Below are positions 54,345-64,000 of a stretch of DNA of 64,000 bases, piece after piece. The stretch spans positions 146,392-210,391 of the forward strand of contig CAWFWA010000013.1 of assembly GCA_963819435.1 (NCBI GenBank), in the 5' to 3' direction. This DNA comes from an uncultured Solirubrobacteraceae bacterium. Its GTDB lineage: Bacteria > Actinomycetota > Thermoleophilia > Solirubrobacterales > Solirubrobacteraceae. How positions within the stretch are numbered: position 1 is the first letter of the stretch; every line of letters starts with the position of its first letter. A program made the position numbers and the translations under genes. The notes beneath the pieces were generated by a model. It was not told the origin of the DNA, made no database searches, and saw nothing but the letters and a program-made list of their open reading frames with translations.

Positions 54345-55985
54345 ATGTCAAGCAGCGCACACGACCGACAGACAGACGCAGCCCTGCTCGCGGCGTCGCG
54401 CAGCGGCCACCGCAAGGAGCCGCGCCAGAAGGCGCCGGAGACCTACGAGGAGAAGCTGGCACAGCTGCACGAGCTGCGCGAAGCGGCGCTGCACTCGGCG
54501 CCGGAGGCCGAGGAGAAGCAGCACGCGCGCGGCAAGTACACCGCGCGCGAGCGCGTGGAGAAGCTGCTGGACCCAGGCTCCTTTCAGGAGCTGGACACGT
54601 TCGTGCGCCATCGCACGTACGACTTCGACATGCAGAAGAACCGGCCGTGGGGCGACGCGGTGGTGACCGGCCACGGCACGATCGACGGGCGCACGGTGTG
54701 CGTGTTCAGCCAGGACTTCACGGTGTTCGGCGGCTCGCTGGGCGAGGTGATGGGCGAGAAGATGGTCAAGCTGATGGACCTGGCGGCGAAGATCGGCTGC
54801 CCGGTGATCGGCATCAACGACTCGGGCGGCGCGCGCATCCAGGAGGGCGTCGTGTCGCTGGGTGCCTACGGCGACGTGTTCGTGCGCAACGTCAAGTGCT
54901 CGGGCGTGATCCCTCAGATCAGCCTGATCATGGGTCCGTGCGCCGGCGGCGCGGTGTACTCGCCGGCGATCACCGACTTCATCTTCATGGTCAAGGAGAC
55001 CTCGCACATGTTCATCACGGGCCCCGACGTGATCAAGACGGTCACCGGCGAGGAGGTCGGCTTCGAGGAGCTCGGCGGGGCGATGTCGCACAACACCAAG
55101 TCGGGCGTCGCGCACTTCGCCTCAGAGGATGAGGACGCCTGCCTGGAGGACTGCCGCTACCTGATCAGCTTCCTGCCGCAGAACAACCTGCAGACCGCGC
55201 CGCGCGTAGAGCCGACCGATGATCCGCAGCGCATGAGCCTGGAGCTCGACGACGTGGTCCCGGACAACCCGAACAAGCCCTATGACATGCGCGACGTGGT
55301 CAAGCTGATCGTCGACGACGAGGAGTTCTTCGAGGTGCACGAACACCACGCCAAGAACATCATCTGCGGCTTCTCGCGGCTGGACGGCTTCGCAATCGGC
55401 ATCGTCGGCAACCAGCCGGCGCAGCTGGCCGGCGTGCTCGACATCGACGCATCGGCGAAGGCGGCGCGATTCGTGCGCACGTGCGATGCGTTCAACATCC
55501 CGATCCTCACGTTCGTCGACGTTCCGGGCTTCCTGCCGGGTACCAGCCAGGAGTGGGGCGGCATCATCCGCCACGGCGCAAAGCTGTTGTACGCGTTTAC
55601 CGAGGCGACCGTGCCGAAGCTGACGGTGATCACGCGCAAGGCCTACGGCGGCGCGTATGACGTGATGGCCTCCAAGCACATGCTCGCCGACTTCAACTTC
55701 GCGTGGCCGACCTCGGAGGTCGCAGTGATGGGCCCGGAGGGCGCCGTCAACATCATCTACCGGCGTGACATCGCCGGTAGCCCGACGCCGCAGGAGCGGC
55801 GCGAAAAGCTGATGGCGGACTACAAGGCGCGCTTCGCCAACCCCTACACGGCGGCCGAGCGCGGCTACATCGACGACGTGATCGTGCCGCACGAGACGCG
55901 GCCGAAGCTGATCGTCGCGCTGCACACGCTGCAGAGCAAGCGCGAACCGGGTCCGAAACGCAAGCACGGAAACATTCCGCTCTGA
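54345..55985 (+). CDS. pccB: Acyl-CoA (propionyl-CoA) carboxylase carboxyltransferase beta subunit
   Basis: [56 protein letters not shown]. Confidence 0.93.
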   Translation: MSSSAHDRQTDAALLAASRSGHRKEPRQKAPETYEEKLAQLHELREAALHSAPEAEEKQHARGKYTARERVEKLLDPGSFQELDTFVRHRTYDFDMQKNRPWGDAVVTGHGTIDGRTVCVFSQDFTVFGGSLGEVMGEKMVKLMDLAAKIGCPVIGINDSGGARIQEGVVSLGAYGDVFVRNVKCSGVIPQISLIMGPCAGGAVYSPAITDFIFMVKETSHMFITGPDVIKTVTGEEVGFEELGGAMSHNTKSGVAHFASEDEDACLEDCRYLISFLPQNNLQTAPRVEPTDDPQRMSLELDDVVPDNPNKPYDMRDVVKLIVDDEEFFEVHEHHAKNIICGFSRLDGFAIGIVGNQPAQLAGVLDIDASAKAARFVRTCDAFNIPILTFVDVPGFLPGTSQEWGGIIRHGAKLLYAFTEATVPKLTVITRKAYGGAYDVMASKHMLADFNFAWPTSEVAVMGPEGAVNIIYRRDIAGSPTPQERREKLMADYKARFANPYTAAERGYIDDVIVPHETRPKLIVALHTLQSKREPGPKRKHGNIPL

Positions 55986-56012
55986 TCAGCCAGGGGCTGC
56001 GGGTGGGTACCG

Positions 56013-56261
56013 ATGCAGACGCATAACGGAAATCACCAGGGCAACCCCTCCACCGACCGACTGCTGATCTCTTCGCCGGCGGCCGCCTCGCCCGAGGAGG
56101 CCGCCGCGGTGGTGGCCGCTGTGGAGCGCTTCATGCGGGCCACCGCGCCCGCTCCAGCGCCGGTCACGCAGCACTCCGACCCGTGGCAGCGCGCGGCTAT
56201 CCTCGAAGGCGTCGAGCGAGAGTCCCAGGGCGACGTCCGCGATCCCTGGATAAATACCTGA
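56013..56261 (+). CDS. Acyl-CoA carboxylase epsilon subunit (AccE/PccE-like)
   Basis: ASPEEAAAVVAAV...DPWQRAA pattern; immediately after the beta subunit. Confidence 0.7.
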   Translation: MQTHNGNHQGNPSTDRLLISSPAAASPEEAAAVVAAVERFMRATAPAPAPVTQHSDPWQRAAILEGVERESQGDVRDPWINT

Positions 56262-56277
56262 AAGCCGCTAGGCTTTA
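56251..56277 (+). promoter_or_regulatory. AT-rich imperfect palindrome upstream of cys operon (candidate Rrf2/CymR-type operator or terminator hairpin)
   Basis: TAAATACCTGAAAGCCGCTAGGCTTTA; inner AAAGCC-GCTA-GGCTTT. Confidence 0.4.
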
Positions 56278-56351
56278 GCCTCAATCCTCGTCTCGCCGGT
56301 CGAACAACGTCTAACGCAGCCCGGGCAGCGCCCGGGTCAGGAGGTTTGTTG

Positions 56352-58178
56352 ATGGAGCCAGTGTCAGTTCCCTCTCAGCGCGGAACGCTGAAGGACCCAG
56401 AGGTGCTCCAGAACGTCCCGGGGCACCTGATCCCGATCCTTCAGCGCGAGTTCGATGACTTCCAGACCGAGGCGAAGAAATTCCTCGACGGCCAGACCGA
56501 AGAAGACGAGTTCATCAAGTTCCGGCTCAAGCAGGGCGTATACGGCCAGCGCCAGCCGGACGTGCAGATGATTCGCGTAAAGCTTCCGTTCGGCGGCATC
56601 ACGCCGGATCAGATGGATGCCTTCGCCGACGTCGTCGAGAAGTACGTACCGCTGAACAAGGGCCACATCACGACGCGCCAGAACATCCAGGTGCACCACA
56701 TCCCGCTGCTCGAAGCCGAGAAGGCGATTCGCGAGCTCGGCAACAGCGGCCTGTCCAGCCGCGAGGGCTGCGGCAACACCGTGCGCAACGTGACCGGCGA
56801 CCCGTGGGCGGGCGTGGCCGAGGACGAGCTGTTTGACATGACGCCGTACGCGGGCGCGTACGTGCGCTACTTCGTGCGCCACCCGACGACGCAGGCGATG
56901 CCGCGCAAGATCAAGACGTCCTTCGACGGCTCGCCGCGCGACCGCGCGATCAGCGGCATCCACGACATCGCCTTCCGCGCGCGCGTCAAGCACATCGAGG
57001 GCCGCGGTGAGGTGCGCGGTGCCGAGATGCTGGTCGGCGGTGGCACTTCGATCATGCCTCGCGTGGCGCCTGCGCTCTACGAGTTCGTGGAGCTGGAAAA
57101 CGGCGACTACCTGAAGATCGCCGAGGCGGTCTTTCGTATCTTCGACCGCCAGGAGTGGCTGCGCGTCAACCGCGCACGCGCGCGCATCAAGGTGTTCGTG
57201 GACAAGTTCGGCATCGACGAGCTGCGCAACCAGGTCGAGGAGGAGCTGAAGGGAGACTGGGTCTCCGAACGCGACTTCTCGATCGAGCAGCGTCTGTTCG
57301 TCGACGATGAGCGCGAGAGCGCGCCGGCGCCGCCGCAGAGCTACGGCAGCCCCAACGGAGACCTGTCGGAGTTCGAGCGCTTCCGTGCGGCCAACGTGCG
57401 TGAGCAGAAGCAAGAGGGCTTCGTGACGGTCGAGGCGAAAGTCACGCGCGGCGATTTGGCCCCCGAGCAGTTCCGCGGGCTGGCGCAGATCATGCGCGAC
57501 TACTCGGGCGGCTACGCGCGCACGACGGTTCAGCAGAACTTCGTGCTGCGCTGGGTGCGCGAGGAGTGCGTCTACGACGTGTGGAAGGCACTGTCGGAGC
57601 TTGGCCTGGGCGAGCACGGCTCGCGCGAGATCGACGACGTCGTGTCGTGCCCGGGCACGGACTCGTGCAAGCTCGGCATCACCAGCTCGATGGGGCTCAA
57701 CCAGGCGGTGCAGGAGCGCATCGAGTCGCTACAGATCACCGACGAGCTGACGCGCAGGCTGAACGTCAAGATCAGCGGCTGCCCCAACGGCTGCGGCCAG
57801 CACCACGTCGCCAGCATCGGCTTCACGGGCGCGTCGATCAAAGTCGGCGAGCACACGATCCCGGCCTACATCCCGCACGTAGGCGGAGTGTTCGAAGGCG
57901 GCGAGGTGCAGTTCGGCACGCGCCTGAAGTTGCGTCTGCCGTCAAAGCGGGTGCCCGACGCGATCGAGCGCTGGATCGCGCAGTACGAGGCCAACCGCAA
58001 CGACGGCGAGGAGTGGAACGCCTACCTGGAGCGCGTCGGCGCGGCTGCGCTGGAGGCGGAGGTCAAGGATCTGTCGATGCCGGTCGACTTCGGGTTGGAG
58101 ACGATGAACACCTTCATCGACTGGAATCGTGATGTTCCCTTCGAAGTCATTCGCGGCGAGGGCGAGTGCGCGGTATAG
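56352..58178 (+). CDS. sir: Ferredoxin-dependent sulfite (nitrite/sulfite) reductase hemoprotein
   Basis: AGGAGG SD; GVYGQRQ, TTRQNIQ, CGNTVRN, CPGTDSC, ISGCPNGCGQH; next to cysH/D/N. Confidence 0.88.
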   Translation: MEPVSVPSQRGTLKDPEVLQNVPGHLIPILQREFDDFQTEAKKFLDGQTEEDEFIKFRLKQGVYGQRQPDVQMIRVKLPFGGITPDQMDAFADVVEKYVPLNKGHITTRQNIQVHHIPLLEAEKAIRELGNSGLSSREGCGNTVRNVTGDPWAGVAEDELFDMTPYAGAYVRYFVRHPTTQAMPRKIKTSFDGSPRDRAISGIHDIAFRARVKHIEGRGEVRGAEMLVGGGTSIMPRVAPALYEFVELENGDYLKIAEAVFRIFDRQEWLRVNRARARIKVFVDKFGIDELRNQVEEELKGDWVSERDFSIEQRLFVDDERESAPAPPQSYGSPNGDLSEFERFRAANVREQKQEGFVTVEAKVTRGDLAPEQFRGLAQIMRDYSGGYARTTVQQNFVLRWVREECVYDVWKALSELGLGEHGSREIDDVVSCPGTDSCKLGITSSMGLNQAVQERIESLQITDELTRRLNVKISGCPNGCGQHHVASIGFTGASIKVGEHTIPAYIPHVGGVFEGGEVQFGTRLKLRLPSKRVPDAIERWIAQYEANRNDGEEWNAYLERVGAAALEAEVKDLSMPVDFGLETMNTFIDWNRDVPFEVIRGEGECAV

Positions 58179-58210
58179 ATCAATGAGACACTCACAAGAG
58201 GACCGAACAG

Positions 58211-58888
58211 ATGACCCCAGTACATAGCCCGATGTCACCGACCAGCACGCACTTTGACCCCGCGCCCGGCCTGACGCACACGCTGCGTGAGGCGGCGCGT
58301 CACGGCGAGCGTGCGGTGCTGCTGTGCTCCTTTCAGAAGGAGGAGTCGGTGCTGCTGGACGAGCTGCTGCGGCTCGATCAGGGAACCGGGCGCGCCGTGC
58401 GCATCCTGACGATCGACACGGGCGTGCTGTTCGAGGAGACGATGAAGACGTGGCGCGCCTTTGAGGAGCGTTTCGGCGTGCAGATCGAGGTGTTCGACGC
58501 GAGCAGCTCAGGCGAGCCGTGGAACGGTCCCGAGCACTGCTGCTCGGTCGCCAAGGTCGCGGCGCTGGAGCGCGCACTGGACGGCGCCGAGGGCTGGATC
58601 ACAGGTATCCGCCGCGAGCAGGGTCCGACACGCGCCAGCTCGGAGCTGATCGAACGCGACGACGTGCGCGGACTGTGGAAGTACAACCCGCTGGCGCACT
58701 GGAGCGACAAGGACCTGTGGCGGCGCATCCATGAGCGCGACCTGCCGTACAACCCGCTGCACGACCAGGGCTACGAGTCGATCGGCTGCGCGCCGTGCAC
58801 CCAGCCCGGCAGCGGACGCGAAGGCCGCTGGGCCGGCACGGACAAGACCGAGTGTGGCATCCACGTAGACGTGATCGAGCCCTCCTGA
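58211..58888 (+). CDS. cysH: APS/PAPS reductase, [4Fe-4S] type
   Basis: IDTG, CC..KV, WITGIRREQ, GYESIGCAPCT, REGRW, ECGIH. Confidence 0.92.
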   Translation: MTPVHSPMSPTSTHFDPAPGLTHTLREAARHGERAVLLCSFQKEESVLLDELLRLDQGTGRAVRILTIDTGVLFEETMKTWRAFEERFGVQIEVFDASSSGEPWNGPEHCCSVAKVAALERALDGAEGWITGIRREQGPTRASSELIERDDVRGLWKYNPLAHWSDKDLWRRIHERDLPYNPLHDQGYESIGCAPCTQPGSGREGRWAGTDKTECGIHVDVIEPS

Positions 58889-58894
58889 CCTCGG

Positions 58895-59812
58895 ATGGCC
58901 GCCGCAGCACGCCCTCAGCTGAGCCACCTGCGGGCGCTTGAGTCCGAGGCGATTCACGTGATGCGTGAGGTCGCGGCGGAATTCGAGAAACCGGTGCTGC
59001 TGTTCAGCGGTGGCAAGGACTCGATAGTGCTGCTGCGCCTCGCCGAGAAGGCATTTCGCCCGGCGCCGTTCCCGTTTCCGCTGATGCACGTGGACACGGG
59101 GCACAACTTTCCCGAGGTGATCGAGTTTCGCGACCGCCGCGTGGTCGAGCTCGGCGAGCGGCTGATCGTGGCCAGCGTGCAGGAGTCGATCGACAATGGC
59201 CGCGCGGTCGAGGAGACAGGCCCGCGCGCTTCGCGCAACCAGCTGCAGACGGTGACGCTGCTCGATGCGCTCGCCGAGCACGGCTTCGACGCGGCGTTCG
59301 GCGGCGCGCGCCGCGACGAGGAGCGCGCGCGGGCGAAGGAGCGCGTGTTCTCCTTCCGCGACGACTTTGGCCAGTGGGACCCGAAGAACCAGCGCCCGGA
59401 GCTGTGGAACCTGTACAACGGGCGCATCTCCAAGGGCGAGAACGTTCGCGTCTTTCCGATCTCCAACTGGACCGAGCTCGACGTGTGGGAGTACATCGAC
59501 TCCGAGGGGCTGGAGGTACCGTCGATCTACTTCTCACACGAGCGCGACGTGTTCCGCCGCGACGGCATGCTGTACGCCTGGCGCGAGGGCACCGAGCTGA
59601 TCGAGGGCGAGGAGATCTTCTCCGAGACCGTGCGATATCGCACGGTCGGCGACATGAGCTGCACCGGCGGCGTGCTGTCGCAGGCGAGCACGCTGGAGGA
59701 GGTCGTCGTGGAGATCGCCGCCACGCGCATCACCGAGCGCGGCGAGACGCGTGCCGACGACCGCGTCTCCGAGGCTGCGATGGAGGACCGCAAGAAGGCC
59801 GGCTACTTCTAG
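58895..59812 (+). CDS. cysD: Sulfate adenylyltransferase subunit 2
   Basis: [47 protein letters not shown]. Confidence 0.97.
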   Translation: MAAAARPQLSHLRALESEAIHVMREVAAEFEKPVLLFSGGKDSIVLLRLAEKAFRPAPFPFPLMHVDTGHNFPEVIEFRDRRVVELGERLIVASVQESIDNGRAVEETGPRASRNQLQTVTLLDALAEHGFDAAFGGARRDEERARAKERVFSFRDDFGQWDPKNQRPELWNLYNGRISKGENVRVFPISNWTELDVWEYIDSEGLEVPSIYFSHERDVFRRDGMLYAWREGTELIEGEEIFSETVRYRTVGDMSCTGGVLSQASTLEEVVVEIAATRITERGETRADDRVSEAAMEDRKKAGYF

Positions 59813-61225
59813 TGACGCTGGACCTGCTGCGCTTTACGACCGCCGGCGCGGTCGACGACGGTAAGAGCACGCTGATCGGTCGTTTGCTGTTCGACTCCAA
59901 GCAGGTCTTCGAGGACCAGCTCGAGCACGTCGCCGAGGCCTCTGAGCGCCGTGGCGGCGCGGGCACGATGGACCTGGCACTGCTCACCGACGGCCTGAAG
60001 GCCGAGCGCGAGCAGGGCATCACGATCGACGTCGCCTATCGCTACTTCGCCACCCCGGCACGCCGCTTCATCATCGCCGACTGCCCCGGCCATCGCCAGT
60101 ACACGCGCAACATGGTCACCGGGGCGTCGACGGCGGACCTGGCCGTGGTGCTCGTGGACGCACGCCGCGGCGTGACCGAGCAGTCCAGGCGCCACGCGTT
60201 CATCAGCGCGCTACTGGGCATCCCGCACATGGTCGTGGCGATCAACAAGATGGACCTGGTCGAGCACTCTCAGGCCCGGTTCGACGAGCTGGTCGCCGAG
60301 TTCGCCGAGTTCGCGGCCGGCCTCGGCGCGATCACCGGACGTGATCCCTCCGGCGCCACGAAGCCAGGTGCCGGCGCGCGCGCCGCGGAGATCTCCTACA
60401 TCCCGATCTCGGCGCTCAACGGCGACAACGTGGTCGAGCGCTCGCCGGCTATGCCGTGGTACGACGGACCGGCGCTGCTGGAGCTGCTCGAGCAGGTGGA
60501 GGTCGCCTACGACCACCCGTTTGACCGCCCGGCACGCTTTCCCGTGCAATGGGTGATCCGTCCCGGCGCGCGGAATCGCCGCCGCGCGCCCGGCCGTATC
60601 GGCCGCGGTCGACTCCGGTGACGGCGCGGGCGCCCCGGGCAGCGGCGGCGCGCTCGCCGTTGCGTCCGGCGATTCCGACTACCGCGGCTACGCCGGACAG
60701 CTGGCAAGCGGCGCGTTGCGCCGCGGCGACGAGGTCGCCGTGCTGCCGGGCGGCGGGCGCACGCGCATCGCGGCGATCGACACCTACGACGGCGAGCTGG
60801 AGGAGGCGATGGCGCCGATGTCGCTGACGCTGCGCCTGGAGGACGAGCTGGACATCTCGCGCGGCGAGCTGATCTGCCGCCCCGACGAGGCGGCGACCGT
60901 CGCGCGCGAGCTGCAGGCGGACGTGTGCTGGATGACCGACAAGCCGCTGCGCGCGGGCGGGCGCTACGTGCTCAAGCACACCTCGCGAAACGCGACGGCG
61001 ATCGTCGACCGCATCGAGGACATCGTCGACGTCGACACGCTGCAGCGCTCGCAGCCGGCCGAGCAGCTGGCACTCAACGACATCGGGCGCGTGCACCTGC
61101 GCACGAGCATCCCGCTGGCCTTCGACGCGTACACGAGCAACCGCCGCACGGGTAGCTTCATCCTGATCGACGAGGCCAGCAATGAGACCGTCGGCGCGGG
61201 CCTGATCGCCGCCGAGTCCGCCTGA
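59812..61225 (+). CDS. cysN: Sulfate adenylyltransferase subunit 1 (GTPase), no CysC domain; frameshift at about 60570-60610
   Basis: [58 protein letters not shown]. Confidence 0.93.
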
Positions 61226-61290
61226 ACGCAGCCCTCGGCCCGGGCTCTGCCGCCGATCGCAGCCGGGCGGACGCTAAGCTTCCGCGGCCG

Positions 61291-63111
61291 ATGTTCAGCA
61301 AGGTACTGGTAGCCAATCGCGGGGAGATCGCGGTACGCATCGTGCGTGCCCTGGAGGAGCTCGGCGTCGCGAGCGTCGCCGTCTACTCCGAGCTCGACCG
61401 CGACACGCCGCACGTCAAGCGCGCCGACGAGGCCTACAACCTTGGCGACGGCCCAGCGGCCGACAACTACCTGAGCATCGAGAAGATCATCGACGTGGCC
61501 AAGCGCTCGGGCGCCGAGGCCGTGCACCCCGGCTACGGATTTCTCGCCGAGAACGCGCCATTTGCGCAGGCCTGCGAGGACGCTCAGATCGTGTTCATCG
61601 GACCGCCGGCCAGCGCGATCGAGGCGATGGGGTCCAAGACGCGCGCGCGTGAGCTGATGCAGGCGGCCGGTGTGCCGATCGTGCCCGGTACGACCGAGCC
61701 GGTGGAGACGGTCGCCGACGCACTGCGTATCGCCAAGGCCGACATCGGCTTTCCGGTCGCCGTCAAGGCGGCGGGCGGCGGCGGCGGCAAGGGCTTTCGC
61801 GTCGCGCTCACCGAGGATGAGCTGGAGGGCGCGTTCGAGGGCTCCAGCCGCGAAGGCGAGAAGTTCTTCTCCGACGGCACGGTGTATCTCGAGCGCTACC
61901 TGCACGACCCGCGCCACGTCGAGGTGCAGGTGCTGGCCGACCGCCATGGCCACGTGATCCACCTGGGCGAGCGCGACTGCTCGATCCAGCGCCGCCACCA
62001 GAAGGTGATCGAGGAGTCGCCGGCGCCGGAGTGGGTCGTCGACCCGCAGATGCGCGAGCGCATCGGCAAGATCGGCGTCGACGCGGCGAAGGCCGTCGAC
62101 TACGTCGGGGCGGGCACGATCGAGGGTCTCTTCTCGGCGGCCGAGGGCGCCGAGCCCGAGTACTTCTTCTTGGAGATGAACACGCGCGTGCAGGTCGAGC
62201 ACTGCGTGACTGAGATGACGACAGGCGTCGACATCGTCAAGGAGGGCATCCGCGCAGCGGCCGGCGAGGAGCTGTCCTACGAGCAGGCCGACATCGAGCT
62301 TCGCGGCCACGCGATCGAGTGCCGCATCAATGCCGAGGACGCCTCGAAGAACTTCGCGCCGGCGCCCGGCAAGATCGGCGCCTATCGCGAGCCGACCGGC
62401 CCGGGCGTGCGCGTGGACTCAGGAGTGCAGGCGGGCGGCGAAGTCTCGCCGATGTATGACCCGATGGTCGCCAAGCTGATCGTCTGGGACGCCGACCGCG
62501 AGCAGGCAACCAGGCGCATGCTGCGCGCGCTGGGCGAATACGAGATCGAGGGACTGAAGACGCTGATCCCCTTCCACCAGGCGCTGCTGGCGACCGAGCA
62601 GTGGGCCATGGGCGAGACCTGCAGGGACCTGCTGGAGGACAAGAAGTGGCTGAAGACGCTCGCATTCGACGCGCCCCCCGCGCCGCTCGAGGGCGAGCAG
62701 GAGGCTGAGAAGGTCGAGCAGACCTACGCCGTGGAGGTCTCGGGCAAGCGCTTTGACGTGCGCGTCGTCGGACCGCCCTTCGCCGGCGGCGGTGCCGCCT
62801 CGAGCAATGGCGCGGGCCCCGCTGTGGCGAAGGCGCCGAAGCGCACGCAGCGTAAGTCCTCGGGGAGCGGCGGCGGCGCCGACGTGCTCCCCTCGCCGCT
62901 TCAGGGCAACATGTGGAAGGTGCTGGTCAAACAGGGCGACACCGTCGAGGAAGGCCAGCTGCTGTGCATCATCGAGGCGATGAAGATGGAGAACGAGATC
63001 ACCGCACACAAGGCGGGTACGATCGCCGAGCTGCCGATCGCCGAGGGCGAGCCGATTCAGGCGGGCGCGCCGATCGCGACGATCACCAGCGCTGCCGAGA
63101 GCGAGGGCTGA
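61291..63111 (+). CDS. Biotin carboxylase / biotin carboxyl carrier fusion (acyl-CoA carboxylase alpha subunit)
   Basis: ANRGEIA, HPGYGFLAEN, GGGGKG, RDCSIQRRHQK, EMNTRVQVEH, EAMKME. Confidence 0.95.
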   Translation: MFSKVLVANRGEIAVRIVRALEELGVASVAVYSELDRDTPHVKRADEAYNLGDGPAADNYLSIEKIIDVAKRSGAEAVHPGYGFLAENAPFAQACEDAQIVFIGPPASAIEAMGSKTRARELMQAAGVPIVPGTTEPVETVADALRIAKADIGFPVAVKAAGGGGGKGFRVALTEDELEGAFEGSSREGEKFFSDGTVYLERYLHDPRHVEVQVLADRHGHVIHLGERDCSIQRRHQKVIEESPAPEWVVDPQMRERIGKIGVDAAKAVDYVGAGTIEGLFSAAEGAEPEYFFLEMNTRVQVEHCVTEMTTGVDIVKEGIRAAAGEELSYEQADIELRGHAIECRINAEDASKNFAPAPGKIGAYREPTGPGVRVDSGVQAGGEVSPMYDPMVAKLIVWDADREQATRRMLRALGEYEIEGLKTLIPFHQALLATEQWAMGETCRDLLEDKKWLKTLAFDAPPAPLEGEQEAEKVEQTYAVEVSGKRFDVRVVGPPFAGGGAASSNGAGPAVAKAPKRTQRKSSGSGGGADVLPSPLQGNMWKVLVKQGDTVEEGQLLCIIEAMKMENEITAHKAGTIAELPIAEGEPIQAGAPIATITSAAESEG

Positions 63112-63121
63112 GACCGGCTGT

Positions 63122-63931
63122 CTAGACGCGTGCGGCGTTCTGCGCGTGCAGCTCGCGCTGTACCTGCGAGCGCCGGCGCTCGGGCAGCTCAGCGTCGGCG
63201 CCCAGCGCGCGAAGATCGCGCAGGTAGGCAGCGTCCTCCTCGAGCACGCCCAGCGCGGTCGCGCGGTCGATGACGGGCCCGTGGCCGGGGACGACGTGCT
63301 CGGCCGCCTCGACCAGCGGGCGTAGGCGCTCGAGCGTCGCCTCGTAAGCGTCGAGCATCGTCTCCCCGCCGGCCGCCTTCTGCTCGCCGAGAACGGGCAA
63401 CTCGATCGCCGACAGGTAGTCGCCGGCCACGAGCACGCCCGCCCACGCGATCCACACGGCCATGCCGTCGACGGTGTGGCCGGTGGCGGGATGCAGCTCG
63501 AGCTCGGCGTCGCCGATGTCACAGCGCCCGGGCACCGCGAGCGCCTGCAGCGAGCCGAGCGATAGCGGGCGCGGGCGCTCGATGTGCAGTTCTTCGTCAA
63601 AGCGCCGCAGCAGACGCTGTGCAGCGCCGGGCTCGGCGCTCAGGCGCGCTGCGCTGCTCTGCGAGCAGCCAAGCGGCGCCTCGGGAAAGGCCAGCGGCCC
63701 GAGCACGTGATCGAAGTCGGCGTGCGTGGCAAGCAGACCGTTCGGCTGGGGGAATCGCGCCTGCTCGACCAGCGAGGGCAGCAGTTCGAGCTCTTCGGGC
63801 AGCACCGGCGAATCGATCGCGAAGACCTCCGCCTCGGCGGCCTCGGCCGGCCCGCGAACGATCGTGCAGTGTGCCTGGAACAACTGGCTTGTGACGACGA
63901 TGACGTCGCGGTGCAGCGAGACGGCTCGCAC
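63122..63931 (-). CDS. MBL-fold metallo-hydrolase
   Basis: THADFDH, GHT, AGD, PGHG. Confidence 0.85.
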   Translation of the reverse strand: MRAVSLHRDVIVVTSQLFQAHCTIVRGPAEAAEAEVFAIDSPVLPEELELLPSLVEQARFPQPNGLLATHADFDHVLGPLAFPEAPLGCSQSSAARLSAEPGAAQRLLRRFDEELHIERPRPLSLGSLQALAVPGRCDIGDAELELHPATGHTVDGMAVWIAWAGVLVAGDYLSAIELPVLGEQKAAGGETMLDAYEATLERLRPLVEAAEHVVPGHGPVIDRATALGVLEEDAAYLRDLRALGADAELPERRRSQVQRELHAQNAARV

Positions 63932-63942
63932 CGGCGAGACGC

Positions 63943-64000
63943 CTAGGAGACGCCGAGCAGCTTGGCGGCCTCTTTGAGGTTGGCCACTTCGGCTGTGGGC
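63943..64000 (-). CDS. 3' end of an unidentified CDS (partial)
   Basis: ...PTAEVANLKEAAKLLGVS-stop, high GC3, ends 11 nt before the MBL gene start. Confidence 0.55.
   Translation of the reverse strand, partial: PTAEVANLKEAAKLLGVS

Noticed and set aside
56039-56051. GGCAACCCCTCC resembling the SAM-IV/SAM-I riboswitch core upstream of the cys genes
   Set aside because: Flanking conserved elements and helices are not recognisable, and it lies inside the epsilon-subunit ORF; an Rfam scan would settle it

Overview
Very high-GC window. Gene content and leaderless gene starts suggest an actinobacterium of the Thermoleophilia/Solirubrobacterales type (inference). About 1-48 kb is a large cell-surface glycan locus: CpsB-type phosphatase, Wzc-type co-polymerase/kinase, Wzx flippase, two polyprenyl-phosphate priming transferases, WecB/TagA, about ten GT2/GT4 enzymes, nucleotide-sugar enzymes, tailoring enzymes, secreted glycan-degrading enzymes and three O-antigen-ligase (Wzy_C) family proteins. 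Two of the Wzy_C proteins carry TPR-like tails, and each is adjacent to a small secreted Gly/Ser/Thr-rich protein with a C-terminal membrane anchor. I propose these pairs as a dedicated oligosaccharyltransferase plus acceptor protein glycosylation system, the best novelty candidate here. Also embedded are a TetR-controlled R2lox-SCP2 fusion and an ECF sigma factor fused to a zinc anti-sigma motif. About 48-64 kb is mostly housekeeping: methylmalonyl-CoA mutase large subunit, asd, a PAS/HD-GYP protein, and acyl-CoA carboxylase beta/epsilon/alpha genes interrupted by a sir-cysH-cysD-cysN operon. Nearly every gene from about 10.4 to 34 kb has frameshifts, most likely long-read consensus errors, so coordinates there are approximate. 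No rRNA, tRNA, CRISPR array or mobile element was seen. All calls come from motif reading by eye; no searches were run.
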